Below, one piece after another: positions 32,810 to 41,475 of a DNA stretch of 64,000 bases. The stretch's first letter is position 1. Every line of letters starts with the position of its first letter. The notes under the pieces were generated by a model, which searched no databases, was not told the origin of the DNA, and saw nothing but the letters and a program-made list of their open reading frames with translations. The translations under genes and the position numbers were made by a program. Location: assembly GCA_964652795.1 (NCBI GenBank), contig CAZZBF010000003.1, forward strand, positions 16,017 through 80,016, given 5' to 3'. Source of the stretch: an uncultured Syntrophales bacterium. GTDB taxonomy: Bacteria; Desulfobacterota; Syntrophia; Syntrophales; JADFWA01.

Positions 32810-33256
32810 GACAATCTCAACCCCAGAGAGAAGAATACAATCTCACTTTAATTGTTGGAAGATTTATGGTAGAAAGGCGACTGGAGTTTTGCTGGGTTGT
32901 CAAATACTGGGATTTTTATTTTAAAATTAACTGAATAGTAGAAAGTCCGTTTTCTTCATTCAGAACCATTTTGGGGATACTGTTATTGCCCGGCTTAAGA
33001 TCTAAAATTCGTGCTTGCGCTTTTCAAATAGTTAGATTTTCTTAACGCCGGTTACTATCATAATCTTTATCCCGAAATATTTAGATTACTTGCGTGATTC
33101 TTTGAATTACTACGTTATTCTTCGAACTCGCTCCGAAAAGACTTTCTATTAATCTTACCTGAATTTAAGTTTTAAAAATCCATTTATAATGGATTTAGAG
33201 ACGTTTGCTTCGTATGCAAACGTCTCATATTATGACACTGGATACTGGAGATATTT

Positions 33257-35842
33257 ATGAAGAGGAAGTACAGACCGCACGAAATTGAAGAAAAGTGGCA
33301 AAGACACTGGGAGAAAGAGAAGACCTTTAAAGTTACAGAGGACCCCGATAAGGAAAAGTACTACCTTCTGGAGATGTTTCCATACCCCTCCGGCAGGATT
33401 CACATGGGACACGTGAGAAACTATACCATAGGTGATGTGGTGGCACGGTATAAAAAGATGAGAGGATACAATGTGCTGCATCCGATGGGTTGGGATTCTT
33501 TTGGTATGCCTGCGGAAAACGCCGCTATTGAACGCGGTATTCACCCTTCAGAGTGGACCAACGATAATATCACAAACATGAAAAAGCAGCTTAAGAGGAT
33601 GGGTTTCAGCTATGACTGGGATAGGGAACTATCAACCTCCGATCCCGAGTACTACAGATGGGAGCAACTATTCTTCCTCTGGATGTTTGAGAAAGGTTTG
33701 GTCTACAAAAGACAGTCGGCAATTAACTGGTGTAGTAGGTGCAAAACTGTCCTGGCAAATGAGCAGGTAGAAGCTGGGCTCTGCTGGAGATGCAGTACCG
33801 AGGTTGAGGAAAAGTATCTTGAACAGTGGTTTTTTCGTATAACGTCTTACGTGGAAGAACTTCTGGATTACTGTGACAAACTTCCCGGCTGGCCGGAAAG
33901 GGTTCTTACCATGCAGAAAAACTGGATAGGTAAGAGCCATGGGGTTGAGATAACTTTTCCGATGGCGGAGGGTAATGGTTCAATAAAAGTTTTTACTACC
34001 AGGCAGGACACTCTTTTCGGAGCCACTTTTATGCTGATTGCTCCCGAACAGCCTCTCGTGATGGAACTGGTAAGAGGAAAACCGAGAGAAAAAGAAGTGA
34101 GAGAATTTGTTGAAAATGTAAAGAAACAGGACATGATGACAAGGACATCGGAGTATTATGAGAAGGAGGGAATTTTTCTTGATGCCTACTGTCTCAATCC
34201 CGTAACCAACAATAAAATGCCTATTTTTGCGGCGAATTTTGTCCTTGCCGACTATGGTACTGGTTGTGTCATGGCGGTTCCGACTCATGACCAGAGAGAC
34301 TTTGAATTTGCCGAAAAATATAACCTTCCGATGATAGTAGTTATTCAGAATTCTGACAACCCCCTTGATGTGGAAACAATGACAGAGGCTTATGTGGATG
34401 AAGGTATTCTTGTAAATTCAGATCAGTTTGATGGTATGGAGAACATGAAGGCCCTCGATGCAATAGCTGATTATCTGGAATCCATTGACAGGGGAAAAAG
34501 AACCGTGGAGTATCGTTTGAGGGACTGGGGTATATCGAGGCAGAGATATTGGGGTGCCCCGATTCCCGTAATTTACTGTGAAAAATGCGGTACGGTGCCT
34601 GTGCCCGAATCTGACCTTCCCGTAGTCCTTCCGGATAACGTTGAGCTGAAGATAGAAGGGGGGTCTCCACTGGCAAGCCATAAGTCCTTTGTGGAGACTA
34701 AATGTCCAAAGTGTGGGGGTTTTGCGAAAAGAGAGACCGATACGATGGATACATTTGTCGAATCTTCTTGGTACTTCGACAGATTCTGCTGCGCGGATTA
34801 TTCGGAGAAACCAGGTCTTGACAGGAAAAAAGTGGATTACTGGATGCCCGTGGATCAGTATATCGGAGGGATTGAACATGCGATACTTCATTTGCTTTAC
34901 TCAAGGTTCTATACAAAGATGCTGAGGGATTTCGGAGTATTGGGAGTAGATGAACCATTTACGAACCTCCTTACTCAGGGAATGGTATGTAAGGAAACCA
35001 TGAGATGTAAAGAACACGGATATCTTTACCCTGACGAGGCAAAGGACGCTAAATGTGTGCACTGCGGTTGTAAGGTGACGATAGGTAAAACGGAGAAGAT
35101 GTCCAAATCCCTGAAGAATGTGATCGATCCCGATTATCTTGTTGAAGAGTATGGTGCCGATACCGCCAGGCTGTTCTGCCTCTTTGCCTCCCCTCCCGAG
35201 AAAGATCTGGAGTGGAATGACCAGGGGGTGGAGGGGTCGTTCCGCTTTCTCGGCAGGGTATGGCGTGTTGTCATAGATTACCTTGATGACATCAAAGAGG
35301 TTGAGCCATTCGATGGAAGGGAAGAGCTTGAGGGTGATATTAGAAACCTGAGAAGAAAAACTCACCAGACAATAAAGAGAGTAACCCATGATATAGAAGA
35401 AAGATTTCATTTCAATACTGCTATAAGCGCTGTTATGGAGCTTGTCAATATGTTATATCAGGTAAAATATCCTGATGGGTCGGACGCTAAAGCTTTTTCC
35501 GTCGTAAGAGAAACCGTGGAAAATATAATTATTCTGCTTGCCCCGATAGTTCCCCATATTGCGGAAGAACTCTGGGAGGTGCTTGGAAAAAGTAAAAAAC
35601 TTTCCGATGTCCCTTGGCCGGACTACGAAGACGCGGTTGTTGCGGAAGAGAAAATTACAATAGTAGTGCAAATAAATGGGAAACTGAGGAGCAGAATTGT
35701 GGTAGACGCGGATGAACCTGACGAAAAAATAAAAGAAATAGCGCTGTCTGATGATAGAATAATCAATCTTATCGCTGACAAAGAAGTGGTGAAAAAGATA
35801 TACGTTCCTAAAAAGCTGGTTAATATTGTTGTAAAGGGTTAG
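33257..35842 (+). CDS. leuS: leucyl-tRNA synthetase
   Basis: 861 aa with [15 protein letters not shown] (HIGH motif) and [10 protein letters not shown] (KMSKS motif). Confidence 0.98.
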   Translation: MKRKYRPHEIEEKWQRHWEKEKTFKVTEDPDKEKYYLLEMFPYPSGRIHMGHVRNYTIGDVVARYKKMRGYNVLHPMGWDSFGMPAENAAIERGIHPSEWTNDNITNMKKQLKRMGFSYDWDRELSTSDPEYYRWEQLFFLWMFEKGLVYKRQSAINWCSRCKTVLANEQVEAGLCWRCSTEVEEKYLEQWFFRITSYVEELLDYCDKLPGWPERVLTMQKNWIGKSHGVEITFPMAEGNGSIKVFTTRQDTLFGATFMLIAPEQPLVMELVRGKPREKEVREFVENVKKQDMMTRTSEYYEKEGIFLDAYCLNPVTNNKMPIFAANFVLADYGTGCVMAVPTHDQRDFEFAEKYNLPMIVVIQNSDNPLDVETMTEAYVDEGILVNSDQFDGMENMKALDAIADYLESIDRGKRTVEYRLRDWGISRQRYWGAPIPVIYCEKCGTVPVPESDLPVVLPDNVELKIEGGSPLASHKSFVETKCPKCGGFAKRETDTMDTFVESSWYFDRFCCADYSEKPGLDRKKVDYWMPVDQYIGGIEHAILHLLYSRFYTKMLRDFGVLGVDEPFTNLLTQGMVCKETMRCKEHGYLYPDEAKDAKCVHCGCKVTIGKTEKMSKSLKNVIDPDYLVEEYGADTARLFCLFASPPEKDLEWNDQGVEGSFRFLGRVWRVVIDYLDDIKEVEPFDGREELEGDIRNLRRKTHQTIKRVTHDIEERFHFNTAISAVMELVNMLYQVKYPDGSDAKAFSVVRETVENIIILLAPIVPHIAEELWEVLGKSKKLSDVPWPDYEDAVVAEEKITIVVQINGKLRSRIVVDADEPDEKIKEIALSDDRIINLIADKEVVKKIYVPKKLVNIVVKG

Positions 35843-36101
35843 ACTTTATTCGTGACATCTAAGTTTTTGTGGAGATGCTGGTATCAGTTCAGACAGCAAG
35901 ATTTAGTTAAGAGTAAAATAACTTAAAATACCTGAAGTTGAAGCGTTCGTAAAAAGTTACTTTTACGAGCGCATAAAAGTTTTAAAATGTGCTTTCGGCG
36001 CAGCCTGTTAAAACTTTGGTCGCGCCGAAGGCGTGTATAATAACTTTAGTTCACTTTCGGCACTTTTTTTGTTCCGGCTTAGCCGGGTTAGGAGTTTATC
36101 T

Positions 36102-36638
36102 ATGATTTGGCAAGTATCAAAAAAAATTTTTACGACAGTTATCGTGATATTTTCTTTTCTTGTCGCTGGTTGCGGATATCACTTCTCTCCGGCAGGAGAA
36201 CATATAGATAAAAAACTTCAAACGGTTTTTGTTGATAATTTTTCCAACAATACCAGTGAGGCGAACATTGAAAACTATTTCAGGAACTCATTTGTTGATC
36301 AGTTTAGAAAAGGAAGCAGATTCAAGCTGGCGAACAGTAAAAATCTTGCCGATACTGTATTAAAGGGAAGTATAAACAGCCTTGTTACTCCTCACCTTGC
36401 TTACAGCTCGACCGATTTCGCTAAGGAAAACCGTGTAACCGTGACAATGGAAATTGTGTTTGAGGAGAAAGCAACTAAAAAAATTATCTGGGCGAATAAG
36501 AATCTTTCGGAGAATGAAGATTACCTGGTTGATGAAAGTAACCCTAATGCAACTGAAATCAATAGAACAGCTGCCCTGAAGAAACTTGCCGAAGACACAG
36601 CTAAAAAGGCATATCGATATATGATGTCAGGATTCTGA
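36102..36638 (+). CDS. lptE: LPS-assembly lipoprotein LptE
   Basis: ATG 36102 with GGAG upstream gives MIWQVSKKIFTTVIVIFSFLVAGCGYHF (lipobox LVAGC). The position after leuS is conserved in proteobacteria. The track start GTG 36033 lies inside a hairpin. Confidence 0.75.
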   Translation: MIWQVSKKIFTTVIVIFSFLVAGCGYHFSPAGEHIDKKLQTVFVDNFSNNTSEANIENYFRNSFVDQFRKGSRFKLANSKNLADTVLKGSINSLVTPHLAYSSTDFAKENRVTVTMEIVFEEKATKKIIWANKNLSENEDYLVDESNPNATEINRTAALKKLAEDTAKKAYRYMMSGF

Positions 36639-36902
36639 AGCGTGAAGGGTATTTACTTTCCTGGTCAGTCTTGAAATTTTTCGCGATGCAGTGTTATTAT
36701 GAAGGACACCCTTGGCTGAGGCCTTGTCTATGACAGGTATAACGACGGCAAGGGCGCTTTTTGCCCCTTCGATATCCTTATTTCTAACGGATTCGAGAAC
36801 CGCCTTAACCCTTGTTTTTACATGGGTCTTTATCGATGTGTTCCTCATCCTTCGTTTTTCATTCTGTTTGTTTCTTTTTTCTGCGGATTTATGTGTCGCC
36901 AA
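36627..36902 (-). CDS. rpsT: 30S ribosomal protein S20
   Basis: 91 aa with a TTG start, beginning (M)ATHKSAEKRNKQNEKRRMRN. Confidence 0.93.
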   Translation of the reverse strand: MATHKSAEKRNKQNEKRRMRNTSIKTHVKTRVKAVLESVRNKDIEGAKSALAVVIPVIDKASAKGVLHNNTASRKISRLTRKVNTLHASES

Positions 36903-37111
36903 TAAATTTCTCCTTATAACTTAATTCTTTTTTATGTTTTTTATCTTGAATAAGATTCGCTTATCTATATTAGTTTAGATAGCATGTCAAGTTTAAATCG
37001 CTTTTAAAAAGCAATATGCCGGTTATAAAATTCGACTCTGCAATTCTGTAAAGTGGCATTTTATATTCGACCGCGTACTTGTTATCCATTATAAAGGTAC
37101 ACAGTGACGGC

Positions 37112-37582
37112 TTATTTTCTGAGTGTGGCTGCCAGCCTGTTCGGTTTGAACAAAAGATCAAGGGCATCGTTTATGTCGGAGATGACCAGATCGGAAGCCA
37201 TTATAGCGTCTTTAGATGCTCCTTCTCTCCCCAGTACGCAGATTCCTATTAGTGATTCTTTCAACATGAGAACATCATTGGAACCGTTTCCGATTGCTAT
37301 GGTTTTCGTTTCGCCTATCTTTTTAAGAAGCTCAAGTTTCTGACCAGTTTCATTATCTTTTTTTATTTTATGCAACTTGACCTTCAGATCTTTTATAACT
37401 CTTTCCGCGCTTCCCATAGTATCGGAAGTAATAATGAAAATATCAAGTAATCCGCTTAACCGATCGAGCCTTTCCGCCACACCGTTTATTATCTTTCCAT
37501 CCAGCGCGATAGTGCCGTTCAGATCCAAAACCAGTTGTTTAATTCTGAATGTTCCCCTGCCGGGAATTGTAGTATCTATCAT
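37112..37582 (-). CDS. HAD-superfamily protein (soluble P-type ATPase-like, COG4087-type)
   Basis: 156 aa with LVLDLNGT (DxxGT-type motif I) and IAIGNGSNDVLML (GDGxND-like). Its ATG directly abuts the selD TAA. Confidence 0.65.
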   Translation of the reverse strand: MIDTTIPGRGTFRIKQLVLDLNGTIALDGKIINGVAERLDRLSGLLDIFIITSDTMGSAERVIKDLKVKLHKIKKDNETGQKLELLKKIGETKTIAIGNGSNDVLMLKESLIGICVLGREGASKDAIMASDLVISDINDALDLLFKPNRLAATLRK

Positions 37583-38635
37583 TTATATTACCCGGATTTT
37601 ACTTTTCGGTTCTGAGATTACCTCACCAACAATGGCTGCCTCCTCCATGCCTTCATCGTGCAACTTTTTGAGTAACTCATCTGCCTGATTTGGTGGTAAA
37701 GCAATTAATAGACCGCCGGCAGTTTGCGGATCAAAGAGAATATCCACCATCCAGTCGGGACAGTCGGTATCCTTCTTGATCATGTGCATGCGAAATTCCC
37801 TGTTTCTGTGCAAGCCTCCCGGCACTATCCCCATTTCTACTAATTCCCGGATTTCCCGGAAATAGGGAACGGAGGATGAATAGATAATCATTCCCACATC
37901 GCTTCCTTCTATCATCTCGCACGCATGACCGAGGAATCCGAAACCGGTTACATCCGTGCAAGCGTGAATATCGGCAAAATCCGCCATCAACTCTGCCGCC
38001 TTTTTATTTAAAGTGAGCATGCATTTTATCGATTGAGCCACCAGGTCATCATCGGCCATTTCCCCCTTCAAGGCTGTGTTTACAATCCCTGTTCCCAGAG
38101 ATTTGGTCAGGATGAGTTTGTCACCGGTCCTTGCGCCCCTGTTGAAAAGTACCTTGTCAGGGTGGATAATCCCGGTAACGGATAGCCCATACTTTAGCTC
38201 ATCATCTTCCACACTGTGTCCGCCGACCAGAACTACGTTCGCCTCCCGCATCTTATCCAGACCGCCGAGAAGAACCTGCTGGAGTATAAGAATATCCATC
38301 TTATTTATCGGAAAACATATTATATTCATGGCCGTAATCGGTTTTCCTCCCATGGCATAGACATCGGATAGTGAGTTTACCGCGGCAACCTGACCGAAAG
38401 TGTAAGGATCATCAACAATCGGAGTGAAAAAATCGAGTGTCTGAATAATGGCGAGGTCATCGCTCAGCTTATACACACCGGCATCCTCAGCGCTTTCCAT
38501 ACCCGCAATCAGGTTCGGATCGGACTGGAGTGGCAGTCCACGTAAAGCCTTGTCAAGGTCCCCCGGACCTATCTTGCAGGCTCACCCGGCACCATGTACC
38601 GTTTCCGTAAGACGTATTTTCGTTCTTTTATCCAT
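37583..38635 (-). CDS. selD: selenide, water dikinase SelD, selenocysteine-containing (UGA at 38582..38584)
   Basis: The track ORF 37583..38500 starts at an internal Met. The upstream in-frame reading is ATG 38635 MDKRTKIRLTETVHGAG-UGA-ACKIGPGDLDKAL..., and the UGA aligns with catalytic Cys17 of E. coli SelD (GAGCGCK). A hairpin lies downstream. Confidence 0.92.
38556..38584 (-). promoter_or_regulatory. SECIS element of selD
   Basis: UGA GCCUGCAAGAU AGGUCC-GGG-GGACCU, a 6-bp stem with the G-rich loop at nt 21-23 from the UGA. Confidence 0.8.
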
Positions 38636-39004
38636 TTAATTATCCTTGTATATAAAGAATCAATACCCGGTATAACTTTTCCCTTTTAAAAGTCTGTGAC
38701 TAACTTTTATACTTATAATGGTCGCCACTAGGTAACAAATTCCTACTAACAAGTCTCGATGTCAAAAGCAAATAAAATTGTCCAATCTTTCTGATCGTGT
38801 AGCCTATATTCACAGGGGAGTACCCCGTAAGCACTGCCTTGAGGGCGGGGAGCCTAACAATTCTTAATTGTCATATAGCGCCGTATCGCTTACTGTTTAA
38901 CAGGAAGTCTTGTAATCTTTATTTAGTGGAGATGGCTTCTTGCAAATCACGCAACTCAACATTGACAAAAATAAAAACCTGCCATTCGCTTTTCTAAATA
39001 AAAA

Positions 39005-39754
39005 TCACTTGATTTCACCAGACAGCAACGCCGCACCCAGAGCGCCCACCATTTGCGGGTCTTCGGGTACCATAATCTTTTGGTCGAGTACCTCTTCCAA
39101 CAGACAGCGCGCACATGGATTTCGTGCGACGCCCCCCGCAAAGATGATAGGTTCTTTAACAGAGACCCTCTTTAACATTCCTACGGCCCGGCTTACTACA
39201 GAACGGTGCAGACCCAGGGCGATGTCTCTCCGGTTAACTCCTTTGGCTACAAGTGAAGTGACTTCCGATTCCGCAAACACGGTACACATACTGCTTATCT
39301 GGACATCTTTGGTTGCCTGAAGTGCTTCAACACCAAACTGATCTAAACTAAAACCGAGGGTGTTCGCCATAATTTCCAAAAATTTTCCGGTCCCGGCCGC
39401 GCATCTGTCGTTCATCTCGAACTTGACGACTTTTCTCTCATTACTAACAGCAATGGCTTTGGAGTCCTGACCTCCGATATCCAGTATCGTCCTGACTTCA
39501 GGAAACAGAGACCTTGCGCCCACAGCATAGGCCTTGATTTCTGTGACCGTGGGTGTATTAAAGGCAAGTTCAAAGAGATGACGTCCATAACCGGTGGCCA
39601 TAATTCTGTCATACTGAACCCCTTCAAGGAGTTCTTTTGCCTGCGTCATCGGATCAAAGCCTGACTCTGCCCGCTTGCTTTCAATAATTCCTCTTTCGTT
39701 TAACACCACCAGTTCAATGGTTCGGGAACCGATGTCGATACCGGCGAGTCTCAT
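39005..39754 (-). CDS. HgdC/BcrAD-BadFG-type ATP-dependent [4Fe-4S] activase
   Basis: 249 aa with MRLAGIDIGSRTIELVV (ASKHA phosphate-1) and the cluster cysteines in NDRCAAGTGKFLE and SSMCTVFAESE. Confidence 0.88.
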   Translation of the reverse strand: MRLAGIDIGSRTIELVVLNERGIIESKRAESGFDPMTQAKELLEGVQYDRIMATGYGRHLFELAFNTPTVTEIKAYAVGARSLFPEVRTILDIGGQDSKAIAVSNERKVVKFEMNDRCAAGTGKFLEIMANTLGFSLDQFGVEALQATKDVQISSMCTVFAESEVTSLVAKGVNRRDIALGLHRSVVSRAVGMLKRVSVKEPIIFAGGVARNPCARCLLEEVLDQKIMVPEDPQMVGALGAALLSGEIK

Positions 39755-39799
39755 TCAGAAAACCTCCTCTATACTCGAAAGCCGTTTCTGTCGCATTAT

Positions 39800-40378
39800 C
39801 TAATATCCAGGTTTAATCACCCCTTTTATGGAGGTGACGGTCTTCTCGGGGAACAGAAGGCAACCATGACTAATTTTTAATCCAGGGATAGAATCCTTGA
39901 CCAGATCGAAAAATATCTGCTGTGCCTTAATCGAAAAATCGCCATACCCGGGGCTGAATCGGTGGGTGGTGGCAAATCCTTCTTCCTCGCACCGCCGGGA
40001 GATTTCCATGTCTGTCTTTTTCACCTCTTCTTCCACTATAAAACTCCCCAATCGGTCCAGTATGTATCCCTTAAAGACTTCATTTTCTCTAAAATATTCT
40101 CTGGATCTGCGATCTATATCTTCCCCCAGGGTTACCACGAGCAACCAGACTTTCTTTGCCTGTGCCAACAACTTAGTAATTGAGCTGCTTTGGCTGGCAT
40201 AAGGATAAAACAGTGTGAAAAACTCATCTATTGTTATGCATTTTCGCCACTCTTTGGTATTCAATAAGCCTGAGGATTCATCCAATATGTAAGAGATCTT
40301 TTCTATTATCTGCCTATTAACCGGAGCCCCAAGGTACTTAAGCAATCTTCGAGACACTGTAGTATCGTCTTTTACCAT
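39800..40378 (-). CDS. methionine-synthase (MetH) activation-domain-like protein
   Basis: ATG 40378 gives MVKDDTTVSRRLLKYLG. The C-terminal THRFSPGYGDFSI...PEKTVTSIKGV resembles the B12-dependent MetH reactivation (SAM-binding) domain. The track TTG 40429 start overlaps the upstream remnant. Confidence 0.65.
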   Translation of the reverse strand: MVKDDTTVSRRLLKYLGAPVNRQIIEKISYILDESSGLLNTKEWRKCITIDEFFTLFYPYASQSSSITKLLAQAKKVWLLVVTLGEDIDRRSREYFRENEVFKGYILDRLGSFIVEEEVKKTDMEISRRCEEEGFATTHRFSPGYGDFSIKAQQIFFDLVKDSIPGLKISHGCLLFPEKTVTSIKGVIKPGY

Positions 40379-40382
40379 TTGA

Positions 40383-40515
40383 TTATATGTTGACCTTTGA
40401 TTGTAAAAGAAGATTCTCAAACAGCCCAACTGCCTTTACCGCATCACGCGAATATGCATCTGCGCCGAAGAAACGAGAGACTGTATTATATCCAGCGGCT
40501 CTTCCAATTATAAGT
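40383..40515 (-). pseudogene. 3'-terminal remnant of a cobalamin-binding-domain gene
   Basis: The minus-strand frame reads KLIIGRAAGYNTVSRFFGADAYSRDAVKAVGLFENLLLQSKVNI*. It aligns to FIVGGAAVNSEVSRSIGADGYARDAVRAVNLVEKLLKQ at the C-terminus of ORF 41476..43104. There is no upstream continuation, because the EamA gene stop abuts it. Confidence 0.75.
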
Positions 40516-41361
40516 TTACACGCGTGACAGAAAAATGATAGCAACTGAGGCGATAACGATTGCTATTCCTTTTTCCCGAGTTAACTGTTCCATCCGCATT
40601 GAAGCGGCCAATCCTAAAGCAACCAAAAAACCCATGTTAGCAATGGGAATAACTACTGTAGCTTCACCATATTTAAGGGCAAGTGTCAGAAAAAGAGCGA
40701 TAAAAAAAATCATTATGCCTGATAACCCGGAATAAAGTGATGTCTTTACACTCAAATGTAAATTCTTTTCTATAAATGCAGCATAAAGTATACCTCCAAC
40801 AATCCAACAAACAGCGACAATCGCCAGCATTAATTGAGGATCTCCATGTTTCAATATACCTACCTTTGTGAGAACCCCATAACATGCTCTGGACAAGGAG
40901 GCCAATATAGCAACTCCAAAAAACATCATAAAATGATCTCTCTTGACCGGAAACATTAGTGGAGTTTCGCATAGAAATAAAACAGCTATGATTGCCAGCA
41001 GTATTCCCAATCCTTTTATGTATCCAATTGGTTCGCACAAGAAAAAAAATGATAAAATCACTACTCCAACAGTGTTTAGCCGATAGACAGTCGAACCAAG
41101 ACTGACATCGAGATGCTTTAGACTTTCCAACAAGAGAATATTGGATAGAAAAAGGATTATACCCGCAGAAAAGCCAAATTGAAGAGTAGGTATATTGTAT
41201 ACTATAGCATTATTGTTTACCAAAACGACTATTCCCTGAAGGCATATCCAGACCAAACCAATGCCGCAAATATACATGCCTCGAGAGCGGGGCTTAACAG
41301 AATACTTTTTAAAGATAAAGTCATTCAGCCCCGCAAATACCAAGCTAAGCAGTGCAAACAT
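40516..41361 (-). CDS. EamA/DMT-family transporter
   Basis: 281 aa with about 10 TM helices and a duplicated 5-TM architecture. Confidence 0.7.
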   Translation of the reverse strand: MFALLSLVFAGLNDFIFKKYSVKPRSRGMYICGIGLVWICLQGIVVLVNNNAIVYNIPTLQFGFSAGIILFLSNILLLESLKHLDVSLGSTVYRLNTVGVVILSFFFLCEPIGYIKGLGILLAIIAVLFLCETPLMFPVKRDHFMMFFGVAILASLSRACYGVLTKVGILKHGDPQLMLAIVAVCWIVGGILYAAFIEKNLHLSVKTSLYSGLSGIMIFFIALFLTLALKYGEATVVIPIANMGFLVALGLAASMRMEQLTREKGIAIVIASVAIIFLSRV

Positions 41362-41475
41362 AACGGCAGTTTTAATGGTAGAAACCTCTCTTTCTTTGCA
41401 AGAGTATTTTTAATTACTTTTTTCGAAAAATAGCCAAAAACTCTGCGGGGAAGAAGAACCCATCTATTTTGGCAT

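Noticed and set aside
33095-33140. Fourth, permuted copy of the REP-like core upstream of leuS (GAATTACTACGTTATTCTTCGAACTCGCTCCG).
   Set aside because: It shares only short words (GAATTACT.CGTT, CGAACT, CGCTC) in a different order. This is not alignable as a copy.
38636-39004. tRNA-Sec (selC) next to selD.
   Set aside because: There is no 8-bp acceptor stem, no UCA anticodon loop and no long variable arm on either strand.
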